Part shown: positions 1 to 6,469 of the stretch, piece by piece
Numbering within the stretch: the first letter of the stretch is position 1
Layout of the letters: each line of letters starts with the position of its first letter
From: Nanobdellota archaeon
GTDB lineage: Archaea; Nanobdellota; Nanobdellia; Woesearchaeales; UBA9642
Assembly (NCBI GenBank): GCA_021813435.1
Contig: JAKAKR010000002.1
Span: 1-20,560 of the forward strand
Length of the DNA: 20,560 nt
Reading direction: 5' to 3'
Notes under the pieces: generated by a model
Databases searched by the model: none
Told to the model about the DNA's origin: nothing
What the model saw: the letters and a program-made list of their open reading frames with translations, nothing else
Program-made: the position numbers and the translations under genes

Positions 1-1
1 C

Positions 2-136
2 AAATATGGAGATGCACTAAAAGCATATTCAATAAAAGGAAGACGCGCAGAAGTAACAACAAAAATATTAGCACATAACTTATGGAGAAGATTAATTCTC
101 AAAATCTACGAGCTTTGCAATATCGCCCAACCATAG
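2..136 (+). CDS. 3' end of a CDS entering from upstream of the window (partial, product unknown)
   Basis: The frame is open from the window edge and reads ...KYGDALKAYSIKGRRAEVTTKILAHNLWRRLILKIYELCNIAQP*, with TAG at 134-136. No start is visible. It overlaps the convergent small ORF 92-241 by 45 nt, so only one of the two may be real. Confidence 0.3.
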   Translation, partial: KYGDALKAYSIKGRRAEVTTKILAHNLWRRLILKIYELCNIAQP

Positions 137-241
137 AAACTTATTAAAAAACCAATAAATTAGGCCTAAACCGATAAAAACTATCCCTAAAATCAATGCA
201 ATTCTTAGCTCATTCCAGATTTTTTTATTGCTACGTTTCAT
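92..241 (-). CDS. small (49 aa) single-pass membrane protein, hypothetical
   Basis: ATG at 241-239 lies 24 nt downstream of the rfcL stop. Translation is MKRSNKKIWNELRIALILGIVFIGLGLIYWFFNKFLWLGDIAKLVDFEN*: a basic N-terminus followed by one clear hydrophobic helix. It is below the ORF-track size cutoff and was found by hand translation. Confidence 0.3.
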   Translation of the reverse strand: MKRSNKKIWNELRIALILGIVFIGLGLIYWFFNKFLWLGDIAKLVDFEN

Positions 242-265
242 TAGTAATAATTATTTTATAGATAA

Positions 266-1477
266 TTATTTCTTCAGCCACTCGACTTCTTCTTTCTCAA
301 GCTTTAATTCCTCAGTGAGTCTTTCAAGAAGTTTCTTGTCCTTGGATTTCTTGAATACTGCGCGGATATAATCGACTTCGTGAAATGCGCGCCGCGCAGA
401 AGTATGTGTCTGCATTGCGATCTTTTCTGCGATTGCAGTACGCCTGAGCTTTTTCTGGTTTGCAATCCATATCTTCAGAATGCGATCAGACTGCTTATAC
501 TCGACCGTATGAGTGTATCGCTCCTTCTTCGAGAGTGCAATACCGACTGAGAGGAGGTTGTAGATATAGACATAATACCGGTAATACTGCCACCGGCGGA
601 TGCGCCCGAAATATACATCCGCACGCGAAAGATTGTCATAGGCTGCTGCCAAATCCTCTGGTTTTGTATATTCTTTGGGAAGATTCTCATCAAGCCACAT
701 GAAGATCTTATCAATATCCTCATCAATATGCTCGTACGCACTGATGGCAATATCTGGATTTGTGGTCTTGAACACCTTGAGAAGCGCCTGCGCGATGGAT
801 TCCTCGCGTTCACGCTCGCCAGTCTCCAATACGTCCTTCTTGGTGATCTTTTTTGTTCCTGAAGCGACGTTCTGAAAATCATTCAATGCAGACCGCAGAT
901 CGCCCTTGGACATGCGTGCAAGCTGGCTTAATGCATCTTCTTCATAAGGGATATTCTCTTTTTCAGCAATTTTTTTCAGGAAACCTGCAGTCTCAAGAAA
1001 ACCGATGGCCTTGAACTCGACCATGATGCACATCTTGCGCAGGGGATTGAACTTCTGCTCAAAAGGATCGTTTGCCGTAAGGATGATAGGAAATGAGGAT
1101 TCCTCGATGAACTTGATGAGTGTCGGGATGCCGCCGCGATCATTGGTTCCGGAAATACCGTCGATCTCATCAATGAGGATGATCTTTCCCCGACCAAAGA
1201 GCGATTGTTGTTTTATTGCAGGAAGGATCTTTTGCTCAAGTCCCTCGGTGTTTCGCGTATCAGATGCATTGACCTCGATAAGTTCAAGATCTAATTCATT
1301 TGCAAGTGCAGTGATGGCGCTCGTCTTTCCGGTTCCCGTCGGACCATATACTAGCAGCGCCTTTCTGACTTTTTTTGCACCATGCTCTGCAACATGCTTT
1401 TTGATGGTCGTGATATTCTCGTCCTGGCCAATGATCTCCTTGGTCGATTTTGGCTCATATTTCTGGGTTAACTGCAT
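266..1477 (-). CDS. rfcL: replication factor C large subunit (AAA+ clamp loader)
   Basis: 403-aa ORF with an ATG start. Motifs: N-terminal KYEPKSTKEIIGQ; Walker A GPTGTGKTS; EVNASDTRN (the NASD-x-R hallmark of the large subunit); Walker B ILIDEIDG; SKGDLRSALNDFQ (the S-x-GD-x-R RFC box). A TATA-like tttataaaaa (minus sense) lies at 1496-1505, just upstream of the ATG. Confidence 0.9.
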   Translation of the reverse strand: MQLTQKYEPKSTKEIIGQDENITTIKKHVAEHGAKKVRKALLVYGPTGTGKTSAITALANELDLELIEVNASDTRNTEGLEQKILPAIKQQSLFGRGKIILIDEIDGISGTNDRGGIPTLIKFIEESSFPIILTANDPFEQKFNPLRKMCIMVEFKAIGFLETAGFLKKIAEKENIPYEEDALSQLARMSKGDLRSALNDFQNVASGTKKITKKDVLETGEREREESIAQALLKVFKTTNPDIAISAYEHIDEDIDKIFMWLDENLPKEYTKPEDLAAAYDNLSRADVYFGRIRRWQYYRYYVYIYNLLSVGIALSKKERYTHTVEYKQSDRILKIWIANQKKLRRTAIAEKIAMQTHTSARRAFHEVDYIRAVFKKSKDKKLLERLTEELKLEKEEVEWLKK

Positions 1478-1505
1478 GATGATTGGAAGGAAGGAGTTTT
1501 TATAA
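1404..1505 (-). repeat. direct repeat copy R1: authentic rfcL promoter plus first 24.5 codons
   Basis: This 102-bp segment is 98/102 identical to 2151-2252 by hand alignment. The four mismatches are at 1436, 1443, 1451 and 1455. Confidence 0.9.
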
Positions 1506-1565
1506 ATGTTACTGCAACGTTACTGCAACGAAAAAGTTTATAACGCCTGTTTATATGTCATATCC

Positions 1566-2078
1566 ATGGCTAAAAGTCCAGTCAGCGAAATCTGGAATTA
1601 TCGCGGGGAACAGATTGAATCATTCTGGTATACGGCGCATTCTTATAACGGATTGAAGCCAATCACACAAGTCTATGCCGTATGTTTTACCCGTGAAGGA
1701 AAAGTGATGGTGATTAGCGCAACAAGCTATAATGGATGGAATGTCGGCGGAGGAAAGCCAGAATCAAAAGAGACTCCACTGCAGACAATCCGGCGCGAGA
1801 TGAATGAAGAGGCATCAGTGGATCTGGCAAAGGCAAGGATGATCGGCTATTGCAAGACAAGAAACCTGAACAAGCAGGGAAAATGGATTTACCAATTGCG
1901 ATATGTTGCGCTCATTGATCGCATAAAACCGCTCAAACCCGATCCTGACAAAGGGATTCTGCGCAAGCGAAAATTTATCCGACCAGAAGAATTCACTCAC
2001 TATATCACTTGGGGTGTGAGCAAGGCAATATTTACCGCCGCATATGCTGAATTCAAGAAGTGGAAACAGAACAAATAA
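1566..2078 (+). CDS. NUDIX hydrolase
   Basis: The Nudix box GKPESKETPLQTIRREMNEEASV matches G-x5-E-x7-REUxEExGU, with only the last G replaced by S. The maximal ORF starts at ATG 1506, but ATG 1566 (MAKSPVSEIW) has a tttataa element about 25 nt upstream (1537-1543). The first 20 codons of the long form cover a tandem 11-mer repeat, so 1566 is preferred. Confidence 0.8.
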   Translation: MAKSPVSEIWNYRGEQIESFWYTAHSYNGLKPITQVYAVCFTREGKVMVISATSYNGWNVGGGKPESKETPLQTIRREMNEEASVDLAKARMIGYCKTRNLNKQGKWIYQLRYVALIDRIKPLKPDPDKGILRKRKFIRPEEFTHYITWGVSKAIFTAAYAEFKKWKQNK

Positions 2079-2151
2079 TCATTCCCCAATAATCTTAATC
2101 AGAATCTTCTTGTTTTTCTGTCCATCGAATTCATCCGCAGATTTTTACAAA
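2079..2151 (-). pseudogene. orphan 3'-terminal fragment of a diverged yjbQ homologue (repeat copy Y_A)
   Basis: The minus-strand translation of 2135-2079 is [18 protein letters not shown]. The resident YjbQ C-terminus is [18 protein letters not shown]. An in-frame TAA lies immediately upstream, so this is only a fragment. Bases 2081-2151 are 69/71 identical to 3871-3941. Confidence 0.85.
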
Positions 2152-2252
2152 TGGTCGTGATATTCTCGTCCTGGCCAATGATATCCTTGCTCGATTTGGG
2201 CACATATTTCTGGGTTAACTGCATGATGATTGGAAGGAAGGAGTTTTTATAA
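2099..2252 (-). pseudogene. duplicated rfcL promoter plus 5' end (repeat copy R2) fused to unrelated sequence; 41-codon chimeric ORF
   Basis: 2151-2252 duplicates 1404-1505, including the TATA-like element and the ATG (2224-2222). Translation is MQLTQKYVPKSSKDIIGQDENITTI, then CKNLRMNSMDRKTRRF* after the junction at 2151. It differs from authentic RfcL at E8V, T12S and E14D. Confidence 0.8.
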
Positions 2253-2255
2253 CAG

Positions 2256-3005
2256 TTATTTATCTTTGCCTAATCTCTCTGAATTAATCCATACTTTATC
2301 AAAAATTATTTCTAAAGCTTTTGCAAAATCTTTATGATGGATTAATATCCCTAACGGTTCGTCTTTGTTCGTGCCAAGAAGCGCAACCATATTTTCGGCG
2401 ATATAAATAGTCATCGGCGTATCTTTGAGTTCATTAAATACTCGTGTTTCACGGTATTCTTTTTTATCTTTAGAGAATAACACATTTCTTGCTATAGTAC
2501 TATCCTCGCTTAATACTTTCAGCGGTATCTTATGTTTTACTCTATCTGCAATATGTCTTGGCGCATAGTAGGGTAATAGTGTTAACATTGCATTCGTATT
2601 ACTAAAACATCGCAATGGCTTGTTCACGTCAATGAGTGATTGATATACGGTTTTTACCCCTTCTTTGCTGACGAATAATTCAGTCCTCGGCAGATCGGGT
2701 CTTCCTGCTTCTAATGATTTTAGATTAGGGAGGATTTCTTTTATAGCGTTCTGCCTTTCTTCTAATAATTGGATTAATTTTTCTGGCGGTGCAGCTTCTA
2801 GATGCAGTACTTTATCTTGCATCATTGATGAAACTATCCCTTTGTCTCTAAGAGATTTAATAACGTCGTATATTGTTGTTCGCGAAACGTTTGAATCGAC
2901 GGCAATCTGTGTGGTTGTTGCGCTTCCTAATTTTAATAGTGAAATATAGACTATTGCTTCTTTTTCTGAAAGACCATATTCACGCAATTTATTTACTAGT
3001 GTCAT
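2256..3005 (-). CDS. TrmB-family transcriptional regulator (N-terminal winged HTH plus C-terminal TrmB-type domain)
   Basis: 249-aa ORF. The N-terminus LREYGLSEKEAIVYISLLKLGSATTTQIAVDSNVSRTTIYDVIKSLRDKGIV follows the canonical TrmB wHTH pattern. ATG start. The gene is visibly AT-rich: a spot count of the 60-nt line at 2281-2340 gives under 30% GC, against 48% for one line of rfcL. Confidence 0.85.
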   Translation of the reverse strand: MTLVNKLREYGLSEKEAIVYISLLKLGSATTTQIAVDSNVSRTTIYDVIKSLRDKGIVSSMMQDKVLHLEAAPPEKLIQLLEERQNAIKEILPNLKSLEAGRPDLPRTELFVSKEGVKTVYQSLIDVNKPLRCFSNTNAMLTLLPYYAPRHIADRVKHKIPLKVLSEDSTIARNVLFSKDKKEYRETRVFNELKDTPMTIYIAENMVALLGTNKDEPLGILIHHKDFAKALEIIFDKVWINSERLGKDK

Positions 3006-3122
3006 ATCCCTCTCAAGACGTCCGGTATTTATATAGTTTATTGTTGTCGAATTTCCACGAATAAATTATAAATAGATTATCACTTCATAGTTATTACATT
3101 TAATATTTTATCGGAGGCACAC
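3006..3122. promoter_or_regulatory. divergent promoter region between the TrmB-family gene and ORF 3123-3788
   Basis: This 117-bp AT-rich spacer holds TATA-like elements tatttatata (about 3027-3036) and aaattataaata (about 3063-3074). A GGAGG Shine-Dalgarno-like motif lies 6 nt upstream of ATG 3123. Confidence 0.5.
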
Positions 3123-3788
3123 ATGAATAATCCCACCATCAATGAAACAGCAGTAGATAACATTGCAAAGAAATATTTTCCAGAACTTCCCACTGTTGTA
3201 GCGGAGAACGATGTCAATTTGTTACCTTTAGCAAGACAACTATATGTCTATAAAAGTGAAATCATTGTTAACGGAAATTATCGCTTTCGGATAGATGAAG
3301 TCGGATCGCAAGTGATCCGTGAATCTCACGAAGATACGTTGATGCGGCTTCGGCAACGAGCCCAATATCGCCGTACTCCATTAACTTTTCTCTATTCGTT
3401 ATTAGAAACAAATTTTGAAAATAAAAATGCAATATTAAAATATTTTCCTTTGTCTATTACTGAAACGATTAATACACTTGTAAGAGATGTAGATTTTGAA
3501 ACCTACAAATTACGACTTTTTGCAGGTCAAGAATCCGCGCAAAGAATGGCGGTTGAAATGGAAGAAAAATGGGTGTGTGAAGAAGTGCCATATTCTGATC
3601 CTACGTCGGTTTTTTATAACCCTAATTTGCCTTATGGAGGAATTGCTGCTGTAGACTGGCATAGTAAACCATTGACTGAAGAAAAAGTTCAAGAACTTAT
3701 TAACTTGTATATCCCTTTAGCAAACAGATTAGGAGCGCGTTCATTGGCCGAATCAATGGGAAAAGCATTAGCAGGAAGTTTGCATTAA
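3123..3788 (+). CDS. hypothetical protein (221 aa), no recognisable family
   Basis: Long ORF with an ATG start preceded by GGAGG, and T-run terminators after the stop. It is divergently paired with the TrmB-family gene. I could not recognise any motif. Confidence 0.65.
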   Translation: MNNPTINETAVDNIAKKYFPELPTVVAENDVNLLPLARQLYVYKSEIIVNGNYRFRIDEVGSQVIRESHEDTLMRLRQRAQYRRTPLTFLYSLLETNFENKNAILKYFPLSITETINTLVRDVDFETYKLRLFAGQESAQRMAVEMEEKWVCEEVPYSDPTSVFYNPNLPYGGIAAVDWHSKPLTEEKVQELINLYIPLANRLGARSLAESMGKALAGSLH

Positions 3789-3793
3789 TAGTA

Positions 3794-3820
3794 TTTTTGA
3801 ATTTTTTTGTAATCTTTTTT
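3794..3820 (+). terminator. oligo-T transcription terminator candidates
   Basis: Three T-runs (ttttt, ttttttt, tttttt) lie within 35 nt after the stop codon at 3786-3788. Archaeal termination typically occurs at oligo-T. Confidence 0.45.
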
Positions 3821-3868
3821 CGAAGAATATCTGAAACTTTTGAAGGATCGGCAGGTATCTAAAAATCG

Positions 3869-3941
3869 TTATTCCCCAATAATCTTAATCAGAACCTTCT
3901 TGTTTTTCTGTCCATCAAATTCATCCGCAGATTTTTACAAA
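3869..3941 (-). pseudogene. second orphan yjbQ-homologue 3' fragment (repeat copy Y_B)
   Basis: The minus-strand translation is DEFDGQKNKKVLIKIIGE*, with TAA as stop. It is 69/71 identical to 2081-2151. One difference is synonymous (F) and one is conservative (I->V). It lies 42 nt downstream of the intact yjbQ. Confidence 0.85.
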
Positions 3942-3949
3942 GAATCTGG

Positions 3950-3983
3950 TAAAAAGTGCGGGTTGAATTTCGTTCAAGCCCGC
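3950..3983 (-). terminator. hairpin plus T-run terminator candidate for yjbQ
   Basis: The minus-strand RNA reads GCGGGCTTGAA-CGAAA-TTCAACCCGC, followed by ACTTTTT, directly after the yjbQ stop. The stem is 10 bp with one bulged C. Confidence 0.5.
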
Positions 3984-4397
3984 TCACTCGCCTATGATTT
4001 TTATTAATATCTTTTTATTCCTTTGCCCGTCAAACTCGCCGTAAAATATCTCTTCCCAGGGGCCGAAATCCAGTTTGCCATTCGTGATCGCGACAGTGGC
4101 TTCGCGGCCCATGATGGTCCGTTTCAGGTGCGCGTCTGCATTGGACTCGCCGGTCTGGTGATGCAAGTAGCCGGTTTTTTCCGGCGCAAGTTCCTCAAGC
4201 CAGTGGAGAAAATCCTGTTTGAGTCCTGATTCTTCATCATTGATGAATACTGAAGAAGTGATATGCATGGAATTGACTAAACATAATCCCTCGCTGATGC
4301 CTGATTCCTCGACTGCAGCAGCTACCGCACGGGTGATATTGACGATTTCTTTATTCTTTTTTGTGTTCACAACAAGATACTTGGTATACGTCTTCAT
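3984..4397 (-). CDS. yjbQ: YjbQ/UPF0047 family protein (secondary thiamine-phosphate synthase-type fold)
   Basis: Family-typical pattern: [12 protein letters not shown]...HH...[12 protein letters not shown]...[23 protein letters not shown]. The ORF-track start at 4403 is GTG. ATG at 4397 (MKTYTKY), with AGGT upstream, is preferred. Confidence 0.85.
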   Translation of the reverse strand: MKTYTKYLVVNTKKNKEIVNITRAVAAAVEESGISEGLCLVNSMHITSSVFINDEESGLKQDFLHWLEELAPEKTGYLHHQTGESNADAHLKRTIMGREATVAITNGKLDFGPWEEIFYGEFDGQRNKKILIKIIGE

Positions 4398-4412
4398 CAG
4401 CACTACCTGGCT

Positions 4413-4628
4413 CTAACTATTCGTAGGGTTATGCGTGACGAGGGTCCGCTGGACTGGGGGAAGTGTTGCAGCGCTTGTGACAGTTGCAGTTGCTGCGCCT
4501 GCAGTGTCGCGAGAAGTCGTTGCCTGCGCAATCCCGGTATTTTGGGAGACCACAAACCACGTGATTCCGACAATGAGCACTATTGCAATGATTGCAAGAA
4601 TATAATTGCGTGATTCAGAAGATTTCAT
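4413..4628 (-). CDS. small membrane-anchored protein with a Thr/Ala-rich tail (71 aa)
   Basis: ATG start with GGGTGG 6 nt upstream. One N-terminal TM helix (ILAIIAIVLIVGITWFVV) is followed by a low-complexity T/A/G-rich segment. It sits tightly between the AsnB-like gene and yjbQ. Confidence 0.55.
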   Translation of the reverse strand: MKSSESRNYILAIIAIVLIVGITWFVVSQNTGIAQATTSRDTAGAATATVTSAATLPPVQRTLVTHNPTNS

Positions 4629-4651
4629 AAGACCACCCTATGCGTCAAGAT

Positions 4652-5587
4652 TTATAAATTTTGCTCAAGAATCTTCTTGATATATCCGCTTTTGCCATCC
4701 TGCTTGTGGATTCGCGCAAGCTTGAGTAGCGCGCGATCAAAACTTGAACCATACTGCGCGGCGCGCTTTGGGCGCTCGCTGAATGTTCCCAGGAGGGGTT
4801 CAGCGGCTTTGCGCAGGATCATCTTGCTCCCATTTGCATTGATCTTGTACTGTATGGGGATCCTGAGCGAGTATCGCATCAATTCCTCATCAAGAAATGG
4901 AGTGGTGAATGCAAATCCGAGCGCCTGCGGGATTGCAGTGTCGCGCAAAAGGTCGCGCGCATACATCTTGAAGAGTCCGTCAGTACATTCAGCATTGGTA
5001 GGATTGAGTTTGTGCCGCTCATATCCGGCGTATAATTCCTCAGAGCCAAGCCCTGAAAAGAATATCTTCTCATGGCGCGAGATAGAATGCGCTGCAACTT
5101 CGACAGCGCCGACTCCGACAGTTACGACATTGACAATATCTGTATGATACTGCTCTGATCCTTGTTTGAGGATCTGTATTGTTTTTGCGATTATCGGCTC
5201 CATCTCTTTTACAGTAAATATCTTCTCCTTAAATTCATCATCGCGTAATTTGAGGTGTTTTGCGACAAGACGCGCCTGGATGATGTCTTCCGGATCCTTG
5301 AAATCGCCGTCCTGGAATCCGACAGTGTAGCAGGTGAAATTTGCCTTGAATCTCTTGCAGAGCGCTGCAATATATGAACTGTCAAGTCCGCCGGAAAAAC
5401 AGATGCCGGCATGATCCACTCCTTCAAGACGTTCTTTGACTGCGGATTCGACAAGTCGCCGCAACTGGAGCGCGATAGCACCCGCAGAATCCTCAAGTTC
5501 AGTGTCTGACTGCAATGACCGGATTTTTGATTCCCACATATCTTGGGAAATGATATCATTATTTTTGATGAAGAATTCCTGCTTCAT
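4652..5587 (-). CDS. asparagine synthetase-like PP-loop ATP pyrophosphatase (synthetase domain only, no glutaminase domain)
   Basis: 311 aa. It has the PP-loop FSGGLDSS and the AsnB-type motif FSGLGSEELYAGYERH. There is no N-terminal Cys-Ntn glutaminase domain. ATG start preceded by AGGAGG. Confidence 0.8.
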   Translation of the reverse strand: MKQEFFIKNNDIISQDMWESKIRSLQSDTELEDSAGAIALQLRRLVESAVKERLEGVDHAGICFSGGLDSSYIAALCKRFKANFTCYTVGFQDGDFKDPEDIIQARLVAKHLKLRDDEFKEKIFTVKEMEPIIAKTIQILKQGSEQYHTDIVNVVTVGVGAVEVAAHSISRHEKIFFSGLGSEELYAGYERHKLNPTNAECTDGLFKMYARDLLRDTAIPQALGFAFTTPFLDEELMRYSLRIPIQYKINANGSKMILRKAAEPLLGTFSERPKRAAQYGSSFDRALLKLARIHKQDGKSGYIKKILEQNL

Positions 5588-5674
5588 ACTCTTAGAATCC
5601 TCCTGTCTTTTTTAAAATTTCCGCAAAAGTTCGTATCTATTACATTCTTTTTGTTCTGCTGGTGTCTTATAGGA

Positions 5675-5932
5675 TTACTGATGTTCTGCAAAATATTTTG
5701 CGGCATACGAGCATGTCGGGATGGCCTTGAGCCCGTGCTCCTTGAGGTATGCGGCGGCTGCATCGTATAATTGTTTTGCAATCCCCCTGCCACGCAAGGT
5801 CGCAGGGACAAAGGTGTGTGTGAATTCGAGCGCCCCAGGATGGATAGTATACTGTACGAAACATTTTTGTCCGTCTACCATACAATAGAACTCGTGCATG
5901 CTTTCATGATGAATGATGGCGATTGATTTCAT
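5675..5932 (-). CDS. small GNAT-like N-acetyltransferase (YjdJ / Acetyltransf_CG type)
   Basis: 85 aa. The pattern HTFVPATLRGRGIAKQLYDAAAAYLKEHGLKAIPTCSY matches the minimal GNAT core (the R/Q-x-x-G-x-G/A acetyl-CoA loop followed by a C-terminal P-x-C-x-Y). Confidence 0.75.
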   Translation of the reverse strand: MKSIAIIHHESMHEFYCMVDGQKCFVQYTIHPGALEFTHTFVPATLRGRGIAKQLYDAAAAYLKEHGLKAIPTCSYAAKYFAEHQ

Positions 5933-5952
5933 GATATGTATTTCTTAACCGA

Positions 5953-6366
5953 TCATAGTGGTACGATGACATTATTGATGAAGAATTTTCGGTCATCATA
6001 TGTTCCATCGTTAAGATATATTTCTGCGGCGAGCGGTACATCAATATTAAATAATGCCTGATGTTTAAATGCATATTCGATGCGGACACATAATTTGTTT
6101 TCTGCTTGTGATGTTATTTTTATCTCAAGATTTCTACTGGTGTTCTTCAAACAACCGGAAAGCGGTATCTTTTCGATATGATAATTCTTGTTCTTTATGA
6201 TAAGTTTGTGCTGTTTAATGGTATAACTCGAGTTCTTTACATATTCATCAAATACGCGCAATGATTGCTTGATGCCCTGCATCGGCTTATCAAACAATCT
6301 TTCACAAGACTTCACGCCATCCTTGTACGAGGCTATGACAGTATCATATAAATCTTTTTTCTTCAC
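5953..6366 (-). CDS. hypothetical protein (137 aa)
   Basis: The ORF has a GTG start preceded by GAGGGCGGGT. It is the first gene of the minus-strand run 6366->3984. No recognisable motif. Confidence 0.55.
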   Translation of the reverse strand: MKKKDLYDTVIASYKDGVKSCERLFDKPMQGIKQSLRVFDEYVKNSSYTIKQHKLIIKNKNYHIEKIPLSGCLKNTSRNLEIKITSQAENKLCVRIEYAFKHQALFNIDVPLAAEIYLNDGTYDDRKFFINNVIVPL

Positions 6367-6402
6367 ACCCGCCCTCTCGTGCTCAATAATAAAAATATTT
6401 CG

Positions 6403-6417
6403 GTTTCTGCCAGAAAC
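6403..6417. promoter_or_regulatory. perfect 7-1-7 palindrome (gtttctg c cagaaac) in a divergent promoter region; candidate operator
   Basis: Read directly from the sequence. It is flanked by two copies of cggtttct (6401-6408 and 6422-6429) and lies between the starts at 6366 (-) and 6470 (+). A tttataa element lies at 6441-6447. Confidence 0.4.
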
Positions 6418-6469
6418 TTTCCGGTTTCTTGATACATATGTTTATAAGGAAGATTGCATTGTTGATAGC

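Noticed and set aside
475-1505. Several ORF-track entries lie antisense to or out of frame with rfcL (460-702 +, 475-882 -, 675-875 +, 976-1197 -, 1005-1505 +).
   Set aside because: They sit entirely inside the well-supported rfcL frame. They have Ser/Arg/Cys-rich low-complexity translations typical of shadow ORFs and carry no motifs.
3819-3834. The 12-mer tcgaagaatatc is shared between 3820-3831 and 15390-15401. Both copies lie in intergenic regions.
   Set aside because: Roughly ten chance 12-mer matches are expected among all position pairs in a 20-kb AT-biased window. There is no extended homology around either copy.
4413-5587. The Asn-synthetase homologue next to a small ORF resembles a lasso-peptide (C enzyme plus precursor) arrangement.
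   Set aside because: No B-type transglutaminase-like protease or RRE gene is present. The small ORF is a TM-anchored low-complexity protein rather than a leader-core peptide. A look-alike small ORF also sits beside tyrS with no AsnB homologue.
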